A stretch of DNA of 64,000 nt from Eubacteriales bacterium (GTDB lineage: Bacteria; Bacillota; Clostridia; Oscillospirales; JAAYXM01): NCBI GenBank assembly GCA_045636865.1, contig JAZTYJ010000017.1, forward strand, positions 5,253 to 69,252. Reading direction: 5' to 3'. The notes under the pieces were generated by a model. That model had not been told where the DNA came from and ran no database searches. It worked only from the letters and a program-made list of their open reading frames with translations. The position numbers and the translations under genes are program-made. Position 1 is the first letter of the stretch, and every line of letters starts with the position of its first letter. This document shows positions 1 to 7,884 of this stretch, one piece after another.

Positions 1-1728
1 GGGCTCTACCGTCCGGTAAGGATAGAATTTCGCGGCGATACATACATTGACAAGGAAAAGACATATATTTCTCCCCGAAAAGACGGAGATGAATGGAAGC
101 TTCTCATAAATGCAAAAACAAATTGCAAAGACAGAGTAAAAGTCCGTGCAAAACTTTTTGATGCGGAGGAAAATTGCGTATACTGCGGAGAGTTTTTGCC
201 GAATGAAGATTATGTGGCAAGGATAGAGAATCCGATTCTCTGGAGTCCTGAAAACCCGTATCTTTATAAGCTGTCTCTTGCTCTTTGTAAAGACGGAGAA
301 GAAAAGGACACAGCAGAATTTAAAGTCGGCTTCCGCACGGTTGAGTGGATAGCAGATAAAGGAATGTTATTGAACGAAAAGCCGTATCGCGTGCGCGGAA
401 TCTGTTGCCATCAGGACCACGCAGGCGTCGGTGCGGCGGTGAGCCGTGAGATTTTCAAGTACCGACTTTCAATTTTAAAAAAACTTGGCATAAACGCATA
501 CCGTTGCGCGCACCATCCGGCAGACGAAACGCTTCTTTCACTCTGCGATGAAATGGGAATTCTCGTAATGCCTGAAAACCGCCACTTTGACGTGTCGGAG
601 GATACGCTCTCGCAGGTTGATTCGATGATATATGTTTCAAGAAACCATCCGTCGGTGTTTATGTATTGCCTCTTCAACGAGGAGGACACTCTCGAATATG
701 AAGAGCGCGGAATGAGAATAGCAGAAAAATTAAAGGCAAGAATCCGCGCGCTTGACGATACGCGCGCGATAACGGGCGCACAAAACGGCGGACACGTTGA
801 GAAAATCAACGCCTCTGACGCACTCGACGTAATCGGCGCAAACTACTGCATAGCGGGATATCCAGATGCACACAGAAGATCACCCGAAAAAGTTATTCTC
901 GGCACGGAAAACTGCCCGACATACGCAACGCGCGGAGTTTATAAATCAGACAAAGAAAAGAAGATTTTTGCGTGCTACGGCGATGAATGGGGGAGTTTTT
1001 CCGAATCGCTTGATGAGACTATGGAAAATGTTGAGAACAAACCGTATGTCGCAGGTTGTTTTGCGTGGTGCGGCTTTGACTACCGCGGCGAGCCGACACC
1101 GTATAACTGGCCGAGTGTGATGTCCCATTGGGGCTTTTGCGACGAGTGCGGCTTTGAGAAAGACACGGCATATCACCTTGCCGCATATTACAAGGACGAG
1201 CTTATGGTGCATCTTCTTCCGCATTGGAACCGGAAGGAGGGCGAGACTGTCCGCGTCTGTGCTTTCACAAACGGAGATGTGGCAGAGCTTTTCATAAACG
1301 GAAAATCTTATGGAGAGAAAAGGGTGGAAAAACGCCGCGCCGAATGGAATGTTCCATTTGAAAAGGGAGTTGCAAGGGTTGTTGCTCACCGCGGAAAAGA
1401 AGAGGTTTCCGATGAGGTGTCAACGGCAGGAAAGCCGGCGCGGATTGAACTTTGTGATGTGAGCGATGATCCGTCGGTTCGCATCGTAAATCTTAAGGCG
1501 ACGGATGAAAACGGAGTTCTGATTCCCGATTTTTGTGAAAAGGTTTTCTTCGATGCGCCGAAGGGTTCAATTCTCGGTGTCGGTTGCGGAAATCCGAACA
1601 GCCACCACAGCGAAAAGGGAAGTGAGATAAACTTCTTCAACGGACGCGCACAGATAATTCTGCGCGGCGGTGAGGGCAAACTCGTCGCAAGGTGCGACGG
1701 CCTCGCTTTTGCAGAAATGAAATTATAG
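1..1728 (+). CDS. Glycoside hydrolase family 2 (beta-galactosidase/beta-glucuronidase-like), 5' end outside window
   Basis: Frame 1 is open from nt 1 into the listed ORF at 196. GH2-like blocks are present: FRTVEW, LNEKPYRVRGICCHQDHAGVG, NAYRCAHHP, CLFNEE, GTENCP. A C-terminal beta-sandwich-like tail follows. Confidence 0.8.
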   Translation, partial: GLYRPVRIEFRGDTYIDKEKTYISPRKDGDEWKLLINAKTNCKDRVKVRAKLFDAEENCVYCGEFLPNEDYVARIENPILWSPENPYLYKLSLALCKDGEEKDTAEFKVGFRTVEWIADKGMLLNEKPYRVRGICCHQDHAGVGAAVSREIFKYRLSILKKLGINAYRCAHHPADETLLSLCDEMGILVMPENRHFDVSEDTLSQVDSMIYVSRNHPSVFMYCLFNEEDTLEYEERGMRIAEKLKARIRALDDTRAITGAQNGGHVEKINASDALDVIGANYCIAGYPDAHRRSPEKVILGTENCPTYATRGVYKSDKEKKIFACYGDEWGSFSESLDETMENVENKPYVAGCFAWCGFDYRGEPTPYNWPSVMSHWGFCDECGFEKDTAYHLAAYYKDELMVHLLPHWNRKEGETVRVCAFTNGDVAELFINGKSYGEKRVEKRRAEWNVPFEKGVARVVAHRGKEEVSDEVSTAGKPARIELCDVSDDPSVRIVNLKATDENGVLIPDFCEKVFFDAPKGSILGVGCGNPNSHHSEKGSEINFFNGRAQIILRGGEGKLVARCDGLAFAEMKL

Positions 1729-1739
1729 AGGTATTAAAG

Positions 1740-2462
1740 ATGATAGTAGCAGATACACACGTTCATACAATTATGTCAGGGCACGCCCACAGCACGCTTT
1801 TAGAATATCTCGCGGAGGCAAAGAAAAAAGATCACAAATTTCTGTTCATAACAGACCATACGGGGATATTGGGGCTCTGCCGCGATGATGTCGCGTATTT
1901 TCTCTGTATGAAGTCGACAATTCCCGAAACACACGACGGCATACATATCATCCGCGGTTGCGAGGTAAACATTCTTGACGAAAACGCAACTCTTGATATG
2001 AGGGATGACCTTCTCGAAAGAAGTGAGTGGGTTATCGCATCGCTTCACATCTATCTCCACAAGCCCGTAAGCGTCGAGCAGACAACAGACATATGGCTCA
2101 AAGTGGCAGAAAATCCCCACGTTGATGTTATCGGACATTGTGGGGAGACCTGCTGGATGTTTGATAAGGAAGCGGTTATAAAAAAGTTTGCCGAATGTGG
2201 CAAAATCGTCGAAGTGAATTCAGCGTCAATCAGAAAATTCGCTGAATTTCGTGAGAACACGCGCGAGATTCTCCTTGTGTGCAAGAAATACGGCGTGAGG
2301 GTAGTTGTGTCCTCGGATGTTCACTTTGCACCGCTTCTCGGAGTTGTGGATGAGAGCCTTGAACTTCTTCGTGAGATAGAGTATCCCGAAGAGCTTATTT
2401 TAAACACAGATTACGAAAGAATGGCAGCTGTGCTTTCGGAAAAAACAGGACGCAGGTTTTAG
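1740..2462 (+). CDS. PHP-family metal-dependent phosphoesterase (YcdX-like)
   Basis: The protein starts MIVADTHVHT, a PHP-type His cluster, with further His/Asp motifs (ITDHT, ASLH, IGHCG, SSDVH). ATG at 1740 follows a GAGG-type RBS; the upstream part of the track ORF overlaps the GH2 stop. Confidence 0.75.
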   Translation: MIVADTHVHTIMSGHAHSTLLEYLAEAKKKDHKFLFITDHTGILGLCRDDVAYFLCMKSTIPETHDGIHIIRGCEVNILDENATLDMRDDLLERSEWVIASLHIYLHKPVSVEQTTDIWLKVAENPHVDVIGHCGETCWMFDKEAVIKKFAECGKIVEVNSASIRKFAEFRENTREILLVCKKYGVRVVVSSDVHFAPLLGVVDESLELLREIEYPEELILNTDYERMAAVLSEKTGRRF

Positions 2463-2479
2463 TTTTGGAGGATGTTAAA

Positions 2480-3403
2480 ATGGGAAAAGATATACTTTTT
2501 GGAATGTGTGCCGACCTTCACAATGCAGCAGACTATGACACATCTGATAGAATCGTAAAATTCGTAAACGAGGCAAACGAGAGAGGTGCCGACTTCATCA
2601 TCGAGCTTGGCGATTTTATTTCATCCGACGAGTCGGGCGTAAGACTTATGGAGAAGTGGAACCGCTTCAACGGTCCGAGCTACCACGTTCTCGGAAACCA
2701 CGACACCGAGCACAACGGCAAAGAGGCAACGATGAAGATTACGGGGCAGAAGGAGAAGTATTACAGCTTCGACTGCGGCGATTATCACTTTATCGTTCTT
2801 GATACGAACTATATGAAATACGGTGATGAATTTATAGATTACGGTCTTGATAACTATCACAAGGACTTTTTCAATTGCTATATCCCGAAAGAGCAGATCG
2901 AGTGGTTCCGCGAGGATATTGCAAAGACGGATAAGCGGTGCTTTGTATTCAGTCATGCTCCCATTGTCCTTGGCGACTGGAAGGTGTATAACGTACACGA
3001 CTTTACGGATGCCGTATACCTTGAAAATCAGAAATGCGGATACAATAAGGTAACGATGGTATTTTCAGGGCACGACCACGCAGATGCACATATGATGATG
3101 GGCGGCGTTCACTATATGCTCGTAAACAGCATAAGCCATAAATACGTATCTCCCAACTACGGCAAGGCAAGAAACGTTGAAGAGGCAGAGCGAATCAACG
3201 GAAAGAAGTTTTCACCCGTTATAAGATACAAAGACCCACTTTATGCGTTTGTAAGACTTAAAGAAAACGGACTCATCCAGATTATAGGAAAGCAGACGGA
3301 ATATCTCGATATAAGCCCGTTCGAGCTTCATTGGGAAAGATTTGCATCTCCGCAGATCTCATATCGCGAGATGTGGATGAACGGAATAGGCGAGAATAAG
3401 TAA
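2480..3403 (+). CDS. Calcineurin-like metallophosphoesterase
   Basis: Motifs CADLHN, ELGDFIS, VLGNHD and FSGHDHA match the metallophosphoesterase signature. A GGAGG RBS lies 6-7 nt before ATG 2480. Confidence 0.8.
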   Translation: MGKDILFGMCADLHNAADYDTSDRIVKFVNEANERGADFIIELGDFISSDESGVRLMEKWNRFNGPSYHVLGNHDTEHNGKEATMKITGQKEKYYSFDCGDYHFIVLDTNYMKYGDEFIDYGLDNYHKDFFNCYIPKEQIEWFREDIAKTDKRCFVFSHAPIVLGDWKVYNVHDFTDAVYLENQKCGYNKVTMVFSGHDHADAHMMMGGVHYMLVNSISHKYVSPNYGKARNVEEAERINGKKFSPVIRYKDPLYAFVRLKENGLIQIIGKQTEYLDISPFELHWERFASPQISYREMWMNGIGENK

Positions 3404-3405
3404 AT

Positions 3406-3435
3406 AAAAAGCACTTGCATTTGCAAGTGCTTTTT
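3406..3435. terminator. Bidirectional intrinsic terminator hairpin
   Basis: The sequence is AAAAAGCACTTGC-ATTT-GCAAGTGCTTTTT, an 8-bp GC-containing stem flanked by an A-run and a T-run. It sits between convergent genes. Confidence 0.75.
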
Positions 3436-3479
3436 ATTGGTAAATGACAGAGGTTTTGCTCATTATGGCTATATGCCGA

Positions 3480-3752
3480 TTACTCCATCAGATCGTCGGT
3501 AAACAGTTTAATCGCGAAATCGTCATCCAAGCCATAAAAAGATAATGCAAAATTGTTTGACAAATGGAATGTAATTTGCTCCGGTAATTCGATAGGATCG
3601 CCAAGTTTTGACTCATCAAAACCTTTTGCTTCCCACGGCCAGTAATCAATATCATCAACACTAACCTTATTGATTGTGGCAGTATAGTCGTTCTCAAACG
3701 CTCCGTATACATTGCCGATATTACAAAATTCTTCCTTTATCTGTTTTTGCAT
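3480..3752 (-). CDS. Hypothetical protein, start uncertain (possible gene remnant)
   Basis: The first in-frame ATG is at 3752 (MQKQIKEEF...). The frame stays open upstream through the tRNA, and the only alternative start is TTG at 3917, which has no RBS. The region is AT-rich and I recognise no motif. Confidence 0.4.
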   Translation of the reverse strand: MQKQIKEEFCNIGNVYGAFENDYTATINKVSVDDIDYWPWEAKGFDESKLGDPIELPEQITFHLSNNFALSFYGLDDDFAIKLFTDDLME

Positions 3753-3928
3753 AGAAATAACATAGTCTTTACTTATGTCACATTCATTGTCCGATAAAAA
3801 GTATAATAAATAACTTTTATTAAATACAAACTGATGTAATGAGGTATCATCGTTGACTTGCGGTACACGTCTACCGCTTTTTAATTTGTAAAAAACAGAC
3901 TCACACTTTGCGTGCAAGCCTGTTTTTT

Positions 3929-4017
3929 TGGCGGAAGCGGTGGGATTCGAACCCACGGACGGTTGCCCGTCAACTGATTTCGAGTCAGTCCCGTTATGAC
4001 CACTTCGATACGCTTCC
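3929..4017 (-). tRNA. tRNA-Ser (anticodon CGA)
   Basis: The reverse complement reads GGAAGCG..ACTGA-CTCGAAA-TCAGT..long variable arm..GGGTTCGAATCCCACCGCTTCCGCCA. It has a cloverleaf with T-arm, an encoded CCA and anticodon loop CU-CGA-AA. Confidence 0.93.
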
Positions 4018-4059
4018 ATATATAAGTTAAACTCCCGTGAGAGTAAAACATTTATTAAA

Positions 4060-4211
4060 TTATATATAACGGGACGTCCCGTTATGTCCTGTTGCGGTGC
4101 CCGACGACTCGGCTCACATAAGCCTCGCTTGTCGACCGCTGCCACTCCTTATCGCTCGCTTGAACTGCCACAGGCAGCGCTCGCGACCGTCCCCACTTCG
4201 ATACGCTTCCG
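4060..4211 (-). ncRNA. Unclassified GC-rich structured RNA candidate (tRNA-Ser 5'-end mimic / leader)
   Basis: It lies downstream of a consensus promoter. Its first 18 nt are identical to the tRNA-Ser(CGA) 5' end, followed by a ~105-nt GC-rich multi-helix core and a 20-nt perfect palindrome at 4066-4085. There is no credible ORF. Confidence 0.35.
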
Positions 4212-4230
4212 TGTATTATCAACAAAAGAT

Positions 4231-4259
4231 ATTATACAATAAAAAAATAAATTTTTCAA
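4231..4259 (-). promoter_or_regulatory. Sigma-70-type promoter reading toward the structured element and tRNA-Ser
   Basis: On the minus strand: TTGAAA (4259-4254), 17-nt spacer, TATAAT (4236-4231). Confidence 0.6.
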
Positions 4260-4292
4260 CTGAAAAAATAATTTTATTCACGGCAAAAAGTA

Positions 4293-4321
4293 TTGACAAA
4301 GAATTAAAAAGAAAGTAAACT
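4293..4321 (+). promoter_or_regulatory. Sigma-70-type promoter for the paralogue pair
   Basis: TTGACA (4293-4298), 17-nt spacer, TAAACT (4316-4321), about 55 nt before ATG 4376. Confidence 0.55.
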
Positions 4322-4375
4322 TGTAACCAAGTAGTAAAACGTTTTATCTGATGTATTAAAAGGATAGTGAATACT

Positions 4376-6118
4376 ATGAAATTTTTCCATGTTTATAACG
4401 AAGAATGCTATAAAGGTCTTGAGAAAAACGGACTTCTGAACAAAGACACCGCATTTAAGATACAGAACGTTTTTTCAGTTCCGCATGAGCGCCAGTTTAA
4501 TAATATCGCGGCTATCGGCGGCGAACTTCATCGCATGATAAAGGAAAATAAAATTCCGTTCTATGCAGACCGAATCGCAGGCGGAGTTACATATTACAAG
4601 TATGAATACGACAAGAGACTTATCCACGAATACGAAGACATCCTCGGTGAGTGGTTTTTAGGATTCCAGCTTCACGAGAGTGCATCAAACCGAAAAGATT
4701 GCGACTGGGCATATCTCCTGAAGACTATGGGTTCAAAAGGTCCGTATGATTTAGCGGAGATGGACAAAAAGTTAAAGAGCACATATGCAATAACTCCGTA
4801 CGGCGAGGTTTTGCACGCGCTCTCGCAGGGCTCAATCGAAGAGTTTTCAAAACTTAAATTCCCCGAAACTTATGAGGAATTTTACGGCGAAATCCGTGAA
4901 ATGTATAAACTCCGTATGGCAGAAACGAACGGCAACATCCTCCCGTGTGACAGCTATTATGTCATGACAAAGCTTCAGGACGAGCTTGGAATGAAGTCGT
5001 TTATGCCGGAGGTCGGCGCGCAGATTCCGGGTATGAGAGAGCAGGTTGCAATTGCGCGAGGCATCGCGAAGGCATCGGGTAAGACATGGGGAACGTATTA
5101 CGAGTGCTGGGGTCCTGCATTCAATGAAAAAGGCGAAATATATGTAACGATGCCGTGCTACAACTCCGACCCGATAAACGAATGGTATCTCAAGCAGGAA
5201 AATCACTGCGACGACTTTTCAAACTACGGCACACAAGGCGGAAGCTCACGTCTTTTACAGAACAGAATTTACTATCACGCACTTATGAGCGGTGCAGACT
5301 ACTTCTCCGAAGAGTGGGGCCTCAACTGTAGCTACCACGATATGAAGGACTTTGAGCTTTCACCGTACGGTGAGACGAAAAAGGCATTTATAAACGATGC
5401 GCTTAAATTACAGGGAGTGGAAGCGGAAACACCGTTTGCTCTCGTTCTTCCGGAAAAGTTTGGCGCATATGAGATTCATAACGTTTTTGAAGATGCAATC
5501 AGGGAAGATAAGAGCTTCAAGTATATGGGATACACTCTCTCTGCAGAAGATGAAAAATACTTAAAGCATATAGAGCAGGTGCGCGATCTTATTTTCGCAT
5601 CAAGCGAAAACAAATTTAACAGCGGCAACGAAGGTCACGTTATCAGAAACTCACGTTTCGGTGATATGTTCGATATCGTCTACGAGGACACAAATCCCGA
5701 GGCACTTAAAAAATACAGATACCTTATCGACACAACACCCGACAGCATTTTTGCAAAGGCAAATCCGCAGCTCAAGGTTCTCAAGAGCTCGGATATCGGC
5801 TGGCTTGAAACAGAGCTAACACGTCTTGTGAAGGAGACTATGCCTGTCTGTGTTGACGGTCTCTGCTGGCTCGTTTCAACAGATAAGGGAGGCAAGCGCT
5901 ATCTCTCGATCTTCAACAATGACGGAAATGAGCGCTCTAATGCTTACGGTGATAAGATTGACAACGCGTTTGACCGCACGGTGAACGTAAGCTTTAAGAA
6001 GGCGGCTGACATTAAAGTTATAAAGGAAGGCAACTTTCCGTCAGAAATCTTAAGAGTTGATGATAATACATATTCAATAAAAGTTCCTGCAACCGCATTT
6101 ATTATTCTTGAGTTTTAA
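4376..6118 (+). CDS. Uncharacterised ~580-aa protein, paralogue A (putative TIM-barrel glycosidase-like)
   Basis: ATG at 4376 (MKFFHVYNEE) follows an AAAGGA RBS. The protein is long and non-repetitive with coding-like composition. Candidate catalytic-type blocks are FLGFQLHES, MPEVGAQ and YFSEEWG. I do not recognise the family. Confidence 0.85.
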   Translation: MKFFHVYNEECYKGLEKNGLLNKDTAFKIQNVFSVPHERQFNNIAAIGGELHRMIKENKIPFYADRIAGGVTYYKYEYDKRLIHEYEDILGEWFLGFQLHESASNRKDCDWAYLLKTMGSKGPYDLAEMDKKLKSTYAITPYGEVLHALSQGSIEEFSKLKFPETYEEFYGEIREMYKLRMAETNGNILPCDSYYVMTKLQDELGMKSFMPEVGAQIPGMREQVAIARGIAKASGKTWGTYYECWGPAFNEKGEIYVTMPCYNSDPINEWYLKQENHCDDFSNYGTQGGSSRLLQNRIYYHALMSGADYFSEEWGLNCSYHDMKDFELSPYGETKKAFINDALKLQGVEAETPFALVLPEKFGAYEIHNVFEDAIREDKSFKYMGYTLSAEDEKYLKHIEQVRDLIFASSENKFNSGNEGHVIRNSRFGDMFDIVYEDTNPEALKKYRYLIDTTPDSIFAKANPQLKVLKSSDIGWLETELTRLVKETMPVCVDGLCWLVSTDKGGKRYLSIFNNDGNERSNAYGDKIDNAFDRTVNVSFKKAADIKVIKEGNFPSEILRVDDNTYSIKVPATAFIILEF

Positions 6119-6132
6119 AGGAGAAGAGAATT

Positions 6133-7872
6133 ATGAGATTTTTCCATGTTTACAACGAAGAATGCTACAAAGGGCTTGAGAAAAACGGTCTTTTGAACAA
6201 AGATACAGCGTTTAAGGTTCAGAACGTTTTTACCGTTCCGCATGAGCGCCAGTTTAACAACATCGCGGCTATCGGCGGCGAACTTCATCGCATGATAAAG
6301 GAAAACAAGATTCCGTTCTATGCAGACCGAATCGCAGGCGGAATTACGTATTACAAGTATGAATACGACAAGAAGCTCATTCACGAGTACGAAGACATCC
6401 TCGGCGAATGGTTTTTAGGATTCCAGCTTCACGAGAGCGCATCAAATCGCAGAAATTCTGACTGGGAAACTCTCCTCAAAAAAATCGGAAAGGGTCCGTA
6501 TGACGTCAAGGAGCTTGATGAAAAGCTCAAGAGCACATATGCAATAACTCCGTACGGTGAGGTTTTGCACACACTTTCACAGGGATCGATTGAAGAATAT
6601 TCAAAAATTCGCTTCCCTGAAACTTATGAGGAGTTTTATGAGGATGTCCGCAATATGTTCCAAACTCGTATGGACTTTACTGAAAACCACATCCTCCCGT
6701 GCGACAGCTATTATGTTATGACAAAGCTTCAGGACGAGCTCGGAATGAGGTCGTTTATGCCTGAAGTCGGCGCACAGATTCCCTGTATGCGCGACCAGGT
6801 TGCCGTTGCGCGCGGTATTGCGAAGGCATCGGGCAAGACCTGGGGAACATACTACGAGTGCTGGATTCCGTCATACACGGAAAGCGGCGAGAAGATTTAC
6901 ACTATGCCGTGCTTTAACTCCGACCCGATAAACGAGTGGTATATGTCGCAGGAGAATCATTGTGACGACTTCACGACGTTCGGAGAAAACGGAGGAAGCT
7001 CGCGCCTTCTCCAGAACAGAATTTACTATCACGCACTTATGAGCGGTGCAGACTACTTCTCTGAAGAGTGGGGACTCAACTGCAGCTACTATGATATGAA
7101 GGACTTTGAGCTTTCGCCGTACGGTGAGACGAAAAAGGCGTTTATAAACGATGCGCTTAAATTGCAGGGAGTGAAGGCGGAGGTTCCGTTTGCACTCGTT
7201 TTACCGAAGAAGTTTGCAACACTTGAAATCCGCGACATCTTCGAAGAGGTTGTTCAGGAAGACAAGAGCTTTAAATATATGGGATATAACCTCTCTGCAG
7301 AGGATGAGAAGTACTTGAAGCACATTAACCGCGTCCGCGACCTTATCTTTGCATCAGACGAGGAAAAATACGGCAACGAAGCTCACGTTATCAAAAACTC
7401 CCGCTTTGGCGACGTATTTGATATCGTTTACGAGGACACAGACCCGAAGGCACTTGAGAAGTATGCATATCTCATTGATGCAACTCCCGACAGCAAATTT
7501 GCAAAGGAAAGCAGAAATATCGGATACAGAGTGCTTGAGAGCACGGATATCGGCTGGCTTGAAACAGAGCTTTCTCGTCTTGTGAAGGAAACAATGCCTG
7601 TTTACGTTGACGGTCTCTGCTGGCTCGTTTCAACAGATGAGGGTGGCAAGCGTTACCTCTCAATCTTTAATAACGACGGCAATATGCGCTCAATCGCAAA
7701 GGGAAATGAGATAAATAACGACTACGACAAGGTTGTAAACGTAAGCTTTAAGAGTGCAGCTGATATAAAGGTTATAAAAGAGGGTAACTTCCCGTCTGAA
7801 ATCTCAAGAGTTGATGATAAAACATACGCAATAAAGGTTCCTGCAACCGCATTTATTATTCTTGAGTTTTAA
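6133..7872 (+). CDS. Uncharacterised ~580-aa protein, paralogue B (tandem duplicate of 4376-6118)
   Basis: It starts 14 nt after paralogue A and has an AAAGGAG RBS. It is collinear with A, with long identical runs (FFHVYNEECYKGLEKNGLLNKDTAFK, GGSSRLLQNRIYYHALMSGADYFSEEWGLNCSY, VPATAFIILEF). Confidence 0.85.
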   Translation: MRFFHVYNEECYKGLEKNGLLNKDTAFKVQNVFTVPHERQFNNIAAIGGELHRMIKENKIPFYADRIAGGITYYKYEYDKKLIHEYEDILGEWFLGFQLHESASNRRNSDWETLLKKIGKGPYDVKELDEKLKSTYAITPYGEVLHTLSQGSIEEYSKIRFPETYEEFYEDVRNMFQTRMDFTENHILPCDSYYVMTKLQDELGMRSFMPEVGAQIPCMRDQVAVARGIAKASGKTWGTYYECWIPSYTESGEKIYTMPCFNSDPINEWYMSQENHCDDFTTFGENGGSSRLLQNRIYYHALMSGADYFSEEWGLNCSYYDMKDFELSPYGETKKAFINDALKLQGVKAEVPFALVLPKKFATLEIRDIFEEVVQEDKSFKYMGYNLSAEDEKYLKHINRVRDLIFASDEEKYGNEAHVIKNSRFGDVFDIVYEDTDPKALEKYAYLIDATPDSKFAKESRNIGYRVLESTDIGWLETELSRLVKETMPVYVDGLCWLVSTDEGGKRYLSIFNNDGNMRSIAKGNEINNDYDKVVNVSFKSAADIKVIKEGNFPSEISRVDDKTYAIKVPATAFIILEF

Positions 7873-7884
7873 GAGGTATTTAAA

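Noticed and set aside
3480-4145. 221-aa minus-strand track ORF
   Set aside because: It reads straight through the tRNA-Ser(CGA) gene (3929-4017) and the GC-rich structured element. It starts at a GTG with no RBS. Only the 3' part (from 3752 at most, possibly from 3917) can be coding.
4140-4185. Local resemblance (CUGCC...CAAGC...GAUAA..AGUGG) to the twister ribozyme core as I remember it
   Set aside because: I could not reconstruct the required P1/P2/P4 helices and the two pseudoknots around it. The similarity is short and from memory only, so it is not claimed.
4060-4211. Possibility that the GC-rich element is tRNA-Sec, tmRNA or another tRNA gene
   Set aside because: It has no T-arm (GGTTCGA-type) or matching 3' acceptor strand, and no anticodon stem-loop with UCA. 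Only the first 18 nt and a D-loop-like segment resemble a tRNA.
4097-4318. 73-aa plus-strand ORF over the GC-rich element
   Set aside because: It has no RBS. It lies antisense to the structured element, and its second half is a low-complexity translation of AT-rich promoter DNA.
3404-4366. Integrated prophage or genomic island at tRNA-Ser
   Set aside because: There is no integrase, recombinase or phage gene. The 18-nt direct repeat covers the tRNA 5' end, not the 3' end, and the copies are only about 190 nt apart. At most this is a scar, which is reported as such.
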